Assembly (NCBI GenBank): GCA_965207735.1
Contig: OZ242296.1
Coordinates: forward strand, 4,384,001 to 4,448,000
Origin: Candidatus Versatilivorator sp.
GTDB lineage: Bacteria > Acidobacteriota > Terriglobia > Versatilivoradales > Versatilivoraceae
Direction: 5' to 3'
Length of the DNA stretch: 64,000 nt
In this document: piece by piece, positions 38,515 to 47,537 of the stretch
Position numbering within the stretch: position 1 is the stretch's first letter
Layout: every line of letters begins with the position of its first letter
Notes under the pieces: generated by a model
Databases searched by the model: none
Told to the model about the DNA's origin: nothing
What the model saw: the letters and a program-made list of their open reading frames with translations, nothing else
Position numbers and translations under genes: made by a program

Positions 38515-39795
38515 TTAACCCGGCCTCATCGAGCGAAGGTCTTCCAATGTAATCTCGACATCAAGCCCCTCGGTGCTTCCGAATTCCCCGAGGCGGCGCA
38601 CCGCCTTCTCGATCAGGGAAGCAAACGGGGGGATCAGGGAGGGTAGGTGGGCTAGAATCTTGCCGCCCTCGCTGACCAGCACGTAGCTCGGATAGCCATC
38701 AATACGCAGGAGACGCTCCAAGTCGCTCCCTCTAGCCGCGTGCCAGTTCGTCCAAGGCATTGGTTTATCCTCGATAAACCGGGTCACGGTCCCGAGCTCT
38801 TCATCCCCGCTGATCGAGACGAGGGCGAACCGGTCCGCCGGCAGCTTGGCAACCAGTTCCCGAAGCTTCGGGAAATCCGCCACGCACGGCCCGCACCAGG
38901 TCGCCCAGAAATCGAGCAGCACGATGCGCCCCCGGTAGTCCGACAGACGTTCCTCGAGGCCGTCGAGCCGCTTGCCCGTCACCTCCGGCAACATGGCCCC
39001 CACGCTCCCATGGTGCAGGCTGCGAAGCAGCTCCGCCTCCGCCTTGGCCAACGTTTGAGAAGTTGCCATGCGGTCGTGGTGCAATCCCAAGAACTGCTCC
39101 TCCTCCACGCCGGCGCTCAATCCGGTGGCTGCTTCGATCGCCCGCTGACGCAGGACCTCCCGATCCTCGGCCGGCAGCACGAACTGGTGGTTGGCGGCAC
39201 GCATCATTCCGGCTGCCAGGTAATACTTGCCGTTGGCGCGCAATACGGGGTCGTCGGCCTCGGAGGCCATTTCCTCGAAGAACTTTGCAACTTGCGGTCC
39301 GTAAGGAGTCTGAGCGTAATAGATCTCGCTCAGAACCCGAGGCCAATCCTGGTAGTCGGGCGCGTAGGAGAGGAGAGCCTTGGCGCCGATGTAAAAGTAA
39401 CGGCCGGATTCTTGGTGCGCATGCATCCGCCTCACGAGGAACTCGGCGGCCTCGATGGTCTTGTCATGTGCGCCGCCCATGTTCAAGATGGCGGTCGCCG
39501 CCGCTAAAGCGGGCTCGACGTCAGGGGGCTTTGGAAGACCCTCCCGCATTTCACGAGGCGACTTGCCCTCTTGAGCGCCCTTCCTGAAACGCTCCCGACT
39601 GTCTTTCTGCCAGGCGCGCTCCTGGTCGAGGTATTCTTGCACCACGGCCCAGTCCGGCCCGATCTCGGACAGCTCAGCATCCGGGGCGGCTGCGCGCTGG
39701 CACGACCCCATCGGAGTCACCGCGGCTGCCGCAACAAGGATCCAACCGAGCGAGCGCCATTGAAAGGTACATGGTGCGCTGAGTTCGTTTTCCAT
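38515..39795 (-). CDS. TlpA/ResA-family thioredoxin-like protein with helical N-terminal domain (probable lipoprotein)
   Basis: LSDYRGRIVLLDFWATWCGPC; MPWTNWH; YPSYVLV; MGSC lipobox-like motif. Confidence 0.88.
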   Translation of the reverse strand: MENELSAPCTFQWRSLGWILVAAAAVTPMGSCQRAAAPDAELSEIGPDWAVVQEYLDQERAWQKDSRERFRKGAQEGKSPREMREGLPKPPDVEPALAAATAILNMGGAHDKTIEAAEFLVRRMHAHQESGRYFYIGAKALLSYAPDYQDWPRVLSEIYYAQTPYGPQVAKFFEEMASEADDPVLRANGKYYLAAGMMRAANHQFVLPAEDREVLRQRAIEAATGLSAGVEEEQFLGLHHDRMATSQTLAKAEAELLRSLHHGSVGAMLPEVTGKRLDGLEERLSDYRGRIVLLDFWATWCGPCVADFPKLRELVAKLPADRFALVSISGDEELGTVTRFIEDKPMPWTNWHAARGSDLERLLRIDGYPSYVLVSEGGKILAHLPSLIPPFASLIEKAVRRLGEFGSTEGLDVEITLEDLRSMRPG

Positions 39796-40026
39796 CGTGT
39801 GGCCCTTCCGGTGAATGTGCGTGTAACGCTGTCTTTTCCTAAGGTGAATACTCCATGCCGCACATTGCCTAACCCATTCTCCTTCGCTACCGGCAACGAT
39901 TGAGTACGTCCTTCAATTCGGCACTTGAAAGGTCTCTCACTAATTTCAGCAGAGTTAATTGCTTTAGGGCCGCGGGCAGCTGAACATCTCGGCGGCGTCA
40001 ATCGCCCTAATCCGAACGAATGTCTT

Positions 40027-41172
40027 TCAGTTCAAACTCGACATGAAGCCCTCGGTGCTTCCGAATTCTCCCAACTGGTCCACCGCCTTCTCGATCAGGG
40101 AAATGAACGCGGAATCCAGGGCGCCGGTTCGGGTTAAAATTGTGCCGTTCTCGTCGGCCAGCAGGTAGGTAGGATAGGTTCTGATACGCAGTAGACGCTT
40201 GAGGTCGCTTGTCTCACCCGCATGCCAGTTCGTCCAAGGCATTGGCTCATCCTCAATAAACTTGGTCACGGTCCCAAGCTCCTCGTCCACGCTGATGGCG
40301 ACGAGAGCGAACCGGTCCGCCGGCAGCTCGGCAACCAGTTCCCGAAGCTTCGGCAGATGTGCGATGCACGGCCCGCACCAGGTTGCCCAGAAATCGATCA
40401 GCACGATGCGGCCCCGATAGTCGGACAGGGATTCCTCGACGCCGTCGAGCCGCGTGCCCGTCGCGTCCGGCAACGTGCCGCGCCGTATGCTGCGAAACGC
40501 CTCCGCCTCCGTGCCTTCCAATGCTTGAGATATCGGACTGCCGGCAGCGTGAACCTGCGCAATCTTCCGCTCCTTCCATGTAGAGTCATCGATCTTGTAA
40601 TCTGCCGGAATCTTAAAGACCGATGGTTCGGGCTCGGCAAACCGGATGTCGTAGAGTTCTCTGACTTGCCTTCCTCGACCCAAGTTCGTCTCCGTCTTGA
40701 CGGACACGTTTGCATCTCTCGCCACCCAAACTTTACCGACAGGCTCCTCTGAATTGCCGGGCGACAAGACAGGCATTGCCAGACAATCAAGCCCTCCAAT
40801 AACTCCTTCGTCAACTGCAAGATCGGGTCTTAATGCAAATGGCCGGAACGGTCCTGGCCGGACTTGCATTAGTGTTGCTTCTTTGAGATTGTGGTTTAGG
40901 TCATAGGTTTTTCGAGTCGAGGCATCCATGAGAGTCGATCGATGTGATCTTCGATTCTTCCCATTGACTGACTCCATGGTATCCAGCACGGAACCGGAGG
41001 AGGAACGGAAGTAGGCGCCCTCCTCCCGCACTACCTCCGTTTCGGTTCCGTCGGGCTGAATAAGGTATTGAACGCTTCTCTGCTTGGCGATGACGGGCAC
41101 GAATTGCGCCAGCAGCTCGGCCGCCCAACCGAAGACAAAAATCAGGCAAGTGACCAAAGTGGTGATTTTCAT
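40027..41172 (-). CDS. TlpA/ResA-family thioredoxin-like protein with beta-rich N-terminal domain
   Basis: Signal peptide; LSDYRGRIVLIDFWATWCGPC; N-terminal domain ends EPEPSVFKIPADYK; RBS AGAGGTG. Confidence 0.88.
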   Translation of the reverse strand: MKITTLVTCLIFVFGWAAELLAQFVPVIAKQRSVQYLIQPDGTETEVVREEGAYFRSSSGSVLDTMESVNGKNRRSHRSTLMDASTRKTYDLNHNLKEATLMQVRPGPFRPFALRPDLAVDEGVIGGLDCLAMPVLSPGNSEEPVGKVWVARDANVSVKTETNLGRGRQVRELYDIRFAEPEPSVFKIPADYKIDDSTWKERKIAQVHAAGSPISQALEGTEAEAFRSIRRGTLPDATGTRLDGVEESLSDYRGRIVLIDFWATWCGPCIAHLPKLRELVAELPADRFALVAISVDEELGTVTKFIEDEPMPWTNWHAGETSDLKRLLRIRTYPTYLLADENGTILTRTGALDSAFISLIEKAVDQLGEFGSTEGFMSSLN

Positions 41173-41447
41173 GCGACACCTCTCTTTCTGGCGGCAAGGC
41201 TACCAGGTTGAGTGATTCCCCGACGCTTGTTCCCCGGACGTGGCTCCAGGCCCGATTTTTGCGCCTATACTCCTATAAACAGTCGAAACGGCCTATTGAT
41301 TACAAGTTTATTGTGGAAAGGCCTCTCAGGACCGTCTGGAGCCTTTGGGCGAAAACGATTGCGTGCGTGCATCAATGCGGCGCTTGAGCAGAGCGATGGC
41401 ACGGTTCATGCGGACGGCACACAGACACCTGGGTGCGAGCCATACAC

Positions 41448-41627
41448 ACAGAAATTCTCTCCACAACATTCAGAGTGACTCGCCGGCGCAGGTCATAAAT
41501 CCGGGTGGTCCCGGGCTTGGCGTGGCCGACCAAGTACTGCACGTCCTCAAGAGGCACGTCCTGGAAGGGCAGGTCGGTCACCACCAGGACGCGGAAGCTG
41601 TGGGGGCTGAAGTTCGGGGGAATGCCC
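41448..41627 (-). pseudogene. XerC/D-like tyrosine recombinase C-terminal remnant
   Basis: Translates GIPPNFSPHSFRVLVVTDL..QDVPLEDVQYLVGHAKPGTTRIYD.RRRVTLNVVERISV (HxxR, GH, catalytic Tyr); no N-terminal part present. Confidence 0.82.
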
Positions 41628-41648
41628 GGACACCGCGCCGACCGCCGT

Positions 41649-42728
41649 TTACCGGCCCCTGGCTATCTGCACCGGGTGATGGAGTCGGTAGTGCCAGGCC
41701 AGCACGTCCCGGCCGAAGTCTCCGTCGAAGTCTCTCCAGACGGAATGGCTGTGGTTGTTGTTGTTCTGGGTATTGTCGTATTCGATCAGGAAGGAAGGGG
41801 CCTGGACCCGGTAGTAGTCGCCGGCTCCCGGCTTGACCGAACCGGCCCATGCAAAGAAGAGCTGGTCGGGAGGAGTATTCTTGGCCTTTTGCATCCGACG
41901 CTCGGCCACCTCGTCCGGAAGGATGTTGGCGTACTCGCCGATCAGGGCCATCAACCGGTCGACCTGCGCGGCGGTCATGTCGGAGGCCGGCAAACCTGAC
42001 GGCTGGCCCTCCAGCTTGGCCCGGGAATCCGCCTTGGTGAGGACATCGGGATAGGCCGCCTCGGCCACAACCGCCTTGCCGAGCTGTTTGGCGTCCAGGG
42101 ACCGGACCAGGGCGCGGGCCATATCCTCCTCCTTGGCCAGGGCCCTCATCCCCTGGTAGCGCCCCGCCATGACCTGGTGGGGGTTGGCTCCCAGGAAGGT
42201 GGGACTGGCCGAAACCAGGCGGCCCTCCTTGAAGGTGAAATTCAGGGAAATATGGTGCCCTTCCACCCGGAAGCCCCAGGTTCCCTGCAGCGACGGCTTG
42301 CCGAAAACACTGAAGTAGTACTTGTCGATGTCGCGGTTTCCGGTGGTGTCCTTCTCCAGCACCCGAAGGATCTCCTCCAGGGTCTGGACCGCCATCACCT
42401 TGGCGAAGCCGGCCTGGCTCAGCCCGGCGGCCAGCAGGGCGTCGGCCAGGCGGCGCTGTTCGGGAGCCATGCCCTTGTAGTTCACCCCTTTTCTGGCGTA
42501 GCCGTACTCCCTGGCGAAAGCGCTGTCCGGGAAGAAATGCCACACCGTCCGGGTCTGGTGGCTGAAGTCGTAGACCACCTTGGCCCGCTGCTCGTCCGAG
42601 AGCGAGTTCACAAACCGCGTGGCGGTTTCATACAGGACCGTCTCGGTCCTGGTCCGATGGTGGGCCGCCACAAGGGCCAAGGCGCAAACGGCCAGGGCGC
42701 AGAGTCGGAAAGTCGTGGGCTTGGTCAT
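41649..42728 (-). CDS. DUF3500 domain protein (exported)
   Basis: WHFFP; YYFSVFGKP; WGFRVEGHHISLNFT; PTFLGANP; YYRVQAPSFLIEYDNTQNNNNHSHSVWRD...DFGRD. Confidence 0.85.
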   Translation of the reverse strand: MTKPTTFRLCALAVCALALVAAHHRTRTETVLYETATRFVNSLSDEQRAKVVYDFSHQTRTVWHFFPDSAFAREYGYARKGVNYKGMAPEQRRLADALLAAGLSQAGFAKVMAVQTLEEILRVLEKDTTGNRDIDKYYFSVFGKPSLQGTWGFRVEGHHISLNFTFKEGRLVSASPTFLGANPHQVMAGRYQGMRALAKEEDMARALVRSLDAKQLGKAVVAEAAYPDVLTKADSRAKLEGQPSGLPASDMTAAQVDRLMALIGEYANILPDEVAERRMQKAKNTPPDQLFFAWAGSVKPGAGDYYRVQAPSFLIEYDNTQNNNNHSHSVWRDFDGDFGRDVLAWHYRLHHPVQIARGR

Positions 42729-42800
42729 GCCACCCTCCTGGTGTTGTCGGTTGAGTTTCCTGAATCATACTCCATGCGGGACACCGAGCCTAGTCCACCC

Positions 42801-43562
42801 TCACTCCTTGGCCTGCTGCAGGTAGCTCTTGACCGCCGGGCCCAGCACCGACTCCAGGGAGATGGCGATGAAGCGAGCGCCCTTTTGCCGCCACTGCCGG
42901 GCGGTCTCAAGGTTGCGCACCATGAGTCCCAGGGCCACATCGGTGGGGGCCACGGCATCGGCGATGCGCTGCATGGCCGCCTGGACCTCGGGGTGCTGGG
43001 CCTGACCCGGCAGGCCCAGTGACTGGGACAGATCGGAAGGCCCGATGAAGACCACGTCGATCCCCCCTACCTTCAGGATTTCGGGCAGGTTGTCCACCGC
43101 CTGGGCGGTCTCGATCTGCAACACCACCAGGGTCTCGGCATTGGCCTCTTCCACGTACTCCCCCAGGGACTGGGTCTGCCCGTAGTCGGCGGCCCGCACT
43201 CCCGCCAGGCCGCGGATGCCCTGGGGTTGATATTTCACCGAGCCAACGGCAGCCTCGGCCTCGGCCGCCGTCTGCACCCAGGGCACCAGCGCTCCCTGGG
43301 CACCGGTGTCCAGAAAGCGCAGGATGATGGGCTGCTGATTGGTGGTGACCCGAATGATGGGCGTCACCCCCCGCAACTCCGCCGCCCGCGTCATGTTCTC
43401 GCAGTCCCGCGGCTCCACCGTCCCGTGTTCGCCGTCGAAGACCAGGAAATCCCACCCCTGGTACCCCAGGAATTCAATCAGTCCCGGATCGGGATAACGG
43501 ACGAAAGCCCCGAAGACGGTCTCACCGGCCTTCAATTTGGCCTTGGTCGTATTCTTGTGCAA
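42801..43562 (-). CDS. HpcH/HpaI class II aldolase family protein
   Basis: FDGEHG; LDTGAQG; KY.P.GIRG; QIET; FIGPSDLS. Confidence 0.9.
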   Translation of the reverse strand: MHKNTTKAKLKAGETVFGAFVRYPDPGLIEFLGYQGWDFLVFDGEHGTVEPRDCENMTRAAELRGVTPIIRVTTNQQPIILRFLDTGAQGALVPWVQTAAEAEAAVGSVKYQPQGIRGLAGVRAADYGQTQSLGEYVEEANAETLVVLQIETAQAVDNLPEILKVGGIDVVFIGPSDLSQSLGLPGQAQHPEVQAAMQRIADAVAPTDVALGLMVRNLETARQWRQKGARFIAISLESVLGPAVKSYLQQAKE

Positions 43563-43627
43563 GGAAGCACCCCCTCTGATCTATTTCACCTGCCCGGCCC
43601 GTTCGACGACGCCGGCCAGCTCGCGTT

Positions 43628-44644
43628 TCATCCCGGATTGCCGACACCCACCGGACGGTTTTCCCGGTGGGACCTCCAGGCCGCCAACCCCAGTTCCACC
43701 GCCCGCCTCCCGTCCCGGCCCGTGACCGGCGGCGGGGAGTCCTCGATCACCGATCCGACAAACGCCTTCATCTCGGCAAGGTAGGACTCCTGGTAGCGTT
43801 CCAGGAAAAAATAGAGGGGGAGCGGCCCGTGAACCCCCTGGCCATTGCTGTAAACGGCTTGATGAGAGGTGCGGTTGCCCACCACCACCTGCCCTTCCGA
43901 ACCGAACACCTCCACCCGCTGGTCATAGCCGTAAACGGCCCGGCGGCTGTTGTCGATGGCGCCCAGGGCGCCCTTGGCGAAGCGCAGCATCACCATGGCC
44001 GTATCCAGGTCGCCGGCCAGGCCGATGGCGGGGTCTATCAAGGTGCTTCCGGTGGCATAGAGCTCCTCGATCTCGTCGCCGGCCAGGTAGCGGGAGATAT
44101 CGAAGTCGTGGATGGTCATGTCCAGGAAGATTCCGCCCGAAGCCTTCACGTACTCGGCGGGAGGGGGTTCGGGATCCCGGCTGGTGACGCGAACCAGGTG
44201 GGGCGTTCCGATCCTGCCGGCGGCCACGGCCTCCCGCGCCTGGTGAAAGCTGGGGTCGAAGCGCCGGTTGAATCCGACCTGCAGCTTTACTTCGTATTCC
44301 AGAACGGCCTCCAGGGAATCGTCGATCTCCTGCAGATCCAGGGCCAGTGGCTTTTCACAAAAGATGTGCTTTCCCGCAAATGCCGCCTGCCGGATCAACT
44401 CGGGATGGGTGGGCGTGCTGGAGCATATGACCACCGCGTCGATGGAGGGATCCTCCATAATGCGCGCCTCCTCCTCACTGAAGGAGGGAATCCCGAATTC
44501 GGCGGCGCAGCGCTCGGCGGCCTCCCGGGAAATGTCCACTACCACCGACAGGTGGGCTTCCGGGATGCTGCGGGTCAGGTTGTGCGCGTGGATGCGCCCG
44601 ATGCGGCCTGCGCCGAACAGGCCCAGGTTGAGTTGAGTGATCAA
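43628..44644 (-). CDS. iolG: Inositol 2-dehydrogenase
   Basis: GAGRIG; IFCEKP; GFNRRFDP; TSRDP; DMTIHDFD; YGYDQRVEVFGS; adjacent to iolD/iolE. Confidence 0.9.
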   Translation of the reverse strand: MITQLNLGLFGAGRIGRIHAHNLTRSIPEAHLSVVVDISREAAERCAAEFGIPSFSEEEARIMEDPSIDAVVICSSTPTHPELIRQAAFAGKHIFCEKPLALDLQEIDDSLEAVLEYEVKLQVGFNRRFDPSFHQAREAVAAGRIGTPHLVRVTSRDPEPPPAEYVKASGGIFLDMTIHDFDISRYLAGDEIEELYATGSTLIDPAIGLAGDLDTAMVMLRFAKGALGAIDNSRRAVYGYDQRVEVFGSEGQVVVGNRTSHQAVYSNGQGVHGPLPLYFFLERYQESYLAEMKAFVGSVIEDSPPPVTGRDGRRAVELGLAAWRSHRENRPVGVGNPG

Positions 44645-44674
44645 GAAACGAACCTCACAGTCAACTGCCCCCGG

Positions 44675-45562
44675 TCATCCGATGCCAATGGACCTCAGAT
44701 ACTCCCGGGTCCGCCTGGCGATGGGCAGGGGCTTTTCAAAGGGGGCTGGATACATGTCCTGCTCGACAATGGCGTAGCCGCAGTAGTCGATCTCCTGCAG
44801 CACCCGGCACAGAGCCGGAAAATCCACCACTCCCTGGGAAGGCTCGCAGAACAGGTCCATGCCCACCGCGTGGGCAAAGGGAATGTTCTCTTCGGCGACT
44901 CTCCTCTGAAGATCGGGGCGGACGCTCTTGAGGTGGAGATAGGGGATCCGCCGGTGGTGACGGCGAAGAAAGGCGATCGGGTCGCCCCCCCGGTAGGCAT
45001 GATGGCCCGTGTCCAGGCAGAGCACGACTCGCTCGGGATCGGTCTGGCTCAGCAGCCTTTCGATCTGGTCCTCGTATTCCACGTGGGTCTCGGCGTGAGG
45101 ATGGAAGACCACCTGCAGGCCGAACCGTTCCCGGACCAGATCCACCACGTAATGGACCCGGTCGACCAGCCGCTTCCAGGCCTCGTCGTCCAGCCTGCCG
45201 GGTGCGGTGGCCTCGCCCGTCCAGAGATTGGTATAGGTGTCGTCGATCAGAATGAGGTATTCGGCTCCCAGATAGGCCAGGGACTCCCCCGCGCCCAGCA
45301 CCTGCTTCTCCAGACCCGGCCAGGCGGCCTCGTCTTCCAGGTGTCCCATGGCGAAGGTGCCCGAAGCCCGCAGGCCGCGCTTGGAAAGCTCGCCTTGAAG
45401 CGTGGCCCGATCGGTGGGCAGATAGCCGTAGGGCCCCAACTCGGTCCACTCATAGCCCGCTTCGGCAATTTCGTCCAGGCAGCGCTGCCAGGGAATTTGC
45501 TTGTCGTCACTGGGAAACCAGACACCCCAACTGTCGGGGGCACTGCCGATCTTGACGTCCAT
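44675..45562 (-). CDS. iolE: Myo-inosose-2 dehydratase-like TIM barrel
   Basis: SAPDSWGV; ELGPYGYLP; FHPHAETHVE; LDTGH; HLK; IVEQD; located between iolD and iolG. Confidence 0.8.
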   Translation of the reverse strand: MDVKIGSAPDSWGVWFPSDDKQIPWQRCLDEIAEAGYEWTELGPYGYLPTDRATLQGELSKRGLRASGTFAMGHLEDEAAWPGLEKQVLGAGESLAYLGAEYLILIDDTYTNLWTGEATAPGRLDDEAWKRLVDRVHYVVDLVRERFGLQVVFHPHAETHVEYEDQIERLLSQTDPERVVLCLDTGHHAYRGGDPIAFLRRHHRRIPYLHLKSVRPDLQRRVAEENIPFAHAVGMDLFCEPSQGVVDFPALCRVLQEIDYCGYAIVEQDMYPAPFEKPLPIARRTREYLRSIGIG

Positions 45563-45588
45563 GGCGGTTCCGGCCCTCCCTGACCGAT

Positions 45589-47487
45589 TCAATAGTAGAA
45601 GCGCTGCAGCCGCGCCCTTTCGCTCTCGTACTCCTCCCGGCGCTTGCGGGTTTCCGGATCCCCGCTCACCTCGGCAGCGGCCACGTCCCACCAGATGCCG
45701 GCACCCGGAGGCGTCCGATACTTTTCAGTATCCACCACGATGACGCAGGGCTGCGACTTCTTCCTGGCCTCCTGCAAGGCCTCCCGGAACTCGTCGGTGG
45801 TGTAGACGTGCATGGCGTGAGCCCCCAGGCTCTGGGCGTTGTGCGCAAAATCGATGGGTACGAAATCGGCATCCAGACGATTGGTCTCCTGGTCGCGAGC
45901 CCGGAACTCGTTGCCGAAGCTGTGACCCGCCCGCGCCAACTGCAGGCCGCGAATGCACTGGTAGCCGTGGTTCTCCGAGATGACCAGCGTGATCTTCAGC
46001 CCTTCCTGAACGGCGGTCATCAGCTCCATGGGATTCATCAGGTAGGTGCCGTCACCCACGAACACGTACACTTCCCCTTCCGGCTGGGCCATGCGCACGC
46101 CCAGTCCGGCCGGGATCTCGTAGCCCATGCAGGAAAAGCCGAACTCCACGTGGCAGTTCTTCCCGCCGGTGGCATCCCACAGCTTCAGCAGATCGCCGGG
46201 AGGATTGCCGGCGGCGGCCACGATGGTATCCCCGGAACGGGCCTCCTCGTTGAGAACGCCCACCAGTTGGGCCTGGCTCATGGCTTCCCCGGCCACCGGC
46301 TGATAGACCTCGTTTTCCAGTTGACTCCGCCACTCCCGCTTCCACCCGGCGACTTCCCGGGCATAGTCGGCCCGCGGCCTCACCTCGGCCGCCAGGGCCG
46401 CCTCGGTGAGCGCTTCCAGTCCGGCCCGCGCGTCCGCCAACAGGGGCACGGACCCCTGCTTGTAGGCATCGTGAGGTCCCACGTTCAGGCTGATGAATTT
46501 TACCTCCGGGTTCTGAAAAGCCGACTGCGACCCGGTGGCGAAATCGGTGAGCCGAGTACCCACGCAGATGAGCAGGTCGGCCTGGCTGGCGACCTTGCCG
46601 GCGCAGGGATTTCCAGTCACCCCGTAACCGCCCAGGCCCAACTCGGATGCCTCGCGCAGCGCGCCCTTGCCCGCAAAAGTCTCTCCCACGGGAATGCCCA
46701 ACTCCCTGGAAAAACGCTGTAACTCCTCACAGGCCTCCGAGTAGTGGACCCCGCCGCCGGCAATCACCATGGGACGCTTGGCTTGCTTCAACAGGCCGAC
46801 CGCTTCCCGAACGCGGTCGGGGTCGGGCAGGCGCCGCTCCACCCGCCAGGTCCTCTCCTCGAAAAAGGCCGCCGGGTAGTCGTAGGCGTGGGCCTGCACA
46901 TCCTGGGGCAGCGAGAGGGTGACCGTTCCGGTCTCGACGGGATCGGTCAGCACCCGCATGGCCTCGGGCAGGGCCGTCAGGAGTTGCTCGGGCCTCGAGA
47001 TCCGATCGAAGAAACGACTGACCGGGCGGAAACAGTCGTTCACGCTCACATCGGCCGACACCGGATGCTCGAGCTCCTGCAGCACCGGTCCCTGGTGCCT
47101 GGTGACGTAGTAGTCCGAGGGCAGCAACAGGACCGGCAGGCGATTGATGGTGGCCGTGGCCGCCCCCGTCAGCATGTTGGTGGCCCCCGGCCCGATGGAG
47201 GAGGTGCAGGCCATGGCAGACAGGCGGCAGTTGGCCTTGGCGTATCCGGCGGCCGTGTGCACCATGGACTGCTCGTTGCAGGGCTGATAGTAGGGAAGAT
47301 TGGCCCCGTACTCATAGAGCGCCTGCCCCAAACCGGCCACGTTGCCATGGCCGAAGATGCCGAAGATGGCCGGGATCAGGCGGCGGGATCGTCCATCGCG
47401 CATACTGAACTGCACCTGAAGGTATTTCACCAGGGCTTGCGCGACCGTCAGTCGAACCGTTGGCCGCGGACTCTGTTGCAGCATCAT
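45589..47487 (-). CDS. iolD: 3D-(3,5/4)-trihydroxycyclohexane-1,2-dione acylhydrolase
   Basis: RLTVAQALVKYL; IFGHGNVAGLGQAL; NEQSMVHTA; SIGPGATN; SVNDCFRPVSRFFDRI; EFGFSCMGYEI; GDGTYLM. Confidence 0.95.
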   Translation of the reverse strand: MMLQQSPRPTVRLTVAQALVKYLQVQFSMRDGRSRRLIPAIFGIFGHGNVAGLGQALYEYGANLPYYQPCNEQSMVHTAAGYAKANCRLSAMACTSSIGPGATNMLTGAATATINRLPVLLLPSDYYVTRHQGPVLQELEHPVSADVSVNDCFRPVSRFFDRISRPEQLLTALPEAMRVLTDPVETGTVTLSLPQDVQAHAYDYPAAFFEERTWRVERRLPDPDRVREAVGLLKQAKRPMVIAGGGVHYSEACEELQRFSRELGIPVGETFAGKGALREASELGLGGYGVTGNPCAGKVASQADLLICVGTRLTDFATGSQSAFQNPEVKFISLNVGPHDAYKQGSVPLLADARAGLEALTEAALAAEVRPRADYAREVAGWKREWRSQLENEVYQPVAGEAMSQAQLVGVLNEEARSGDTIVAAAGNPPGDLLKLWDATGGKNCHVEFGFSCMGYEIPAGLGVRMAQPEGEVYVFVGDGTYLMNPMELMTAVQEGLKITLVISENHGYQCIRGLQLARAGHSFGNEFRARDQETNRLDADFVPIDFAHNAQSLGAHAMHVYTTDEFREALQEARKKSQPCVIVVDTEKYRTPPGAGIWWDVAAAEVSGDPETRKRREEYESERARLQRFYY

Positions 47488-47537
47488 CGTCACCTCCCCG
47501 TCGTGTTTAAAACACCCCTGTTTCACCAATCAAGAGT

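Noticed and set aside
38515-41172. Selenoprotein (UGA read-through) candidates among the TlpA proteins, given selB
   Set aside because: Both active sites are ordinary CGPC with Cys codons; I noticed no in-frame UGA-split gene, though this was not checked exhaustively.
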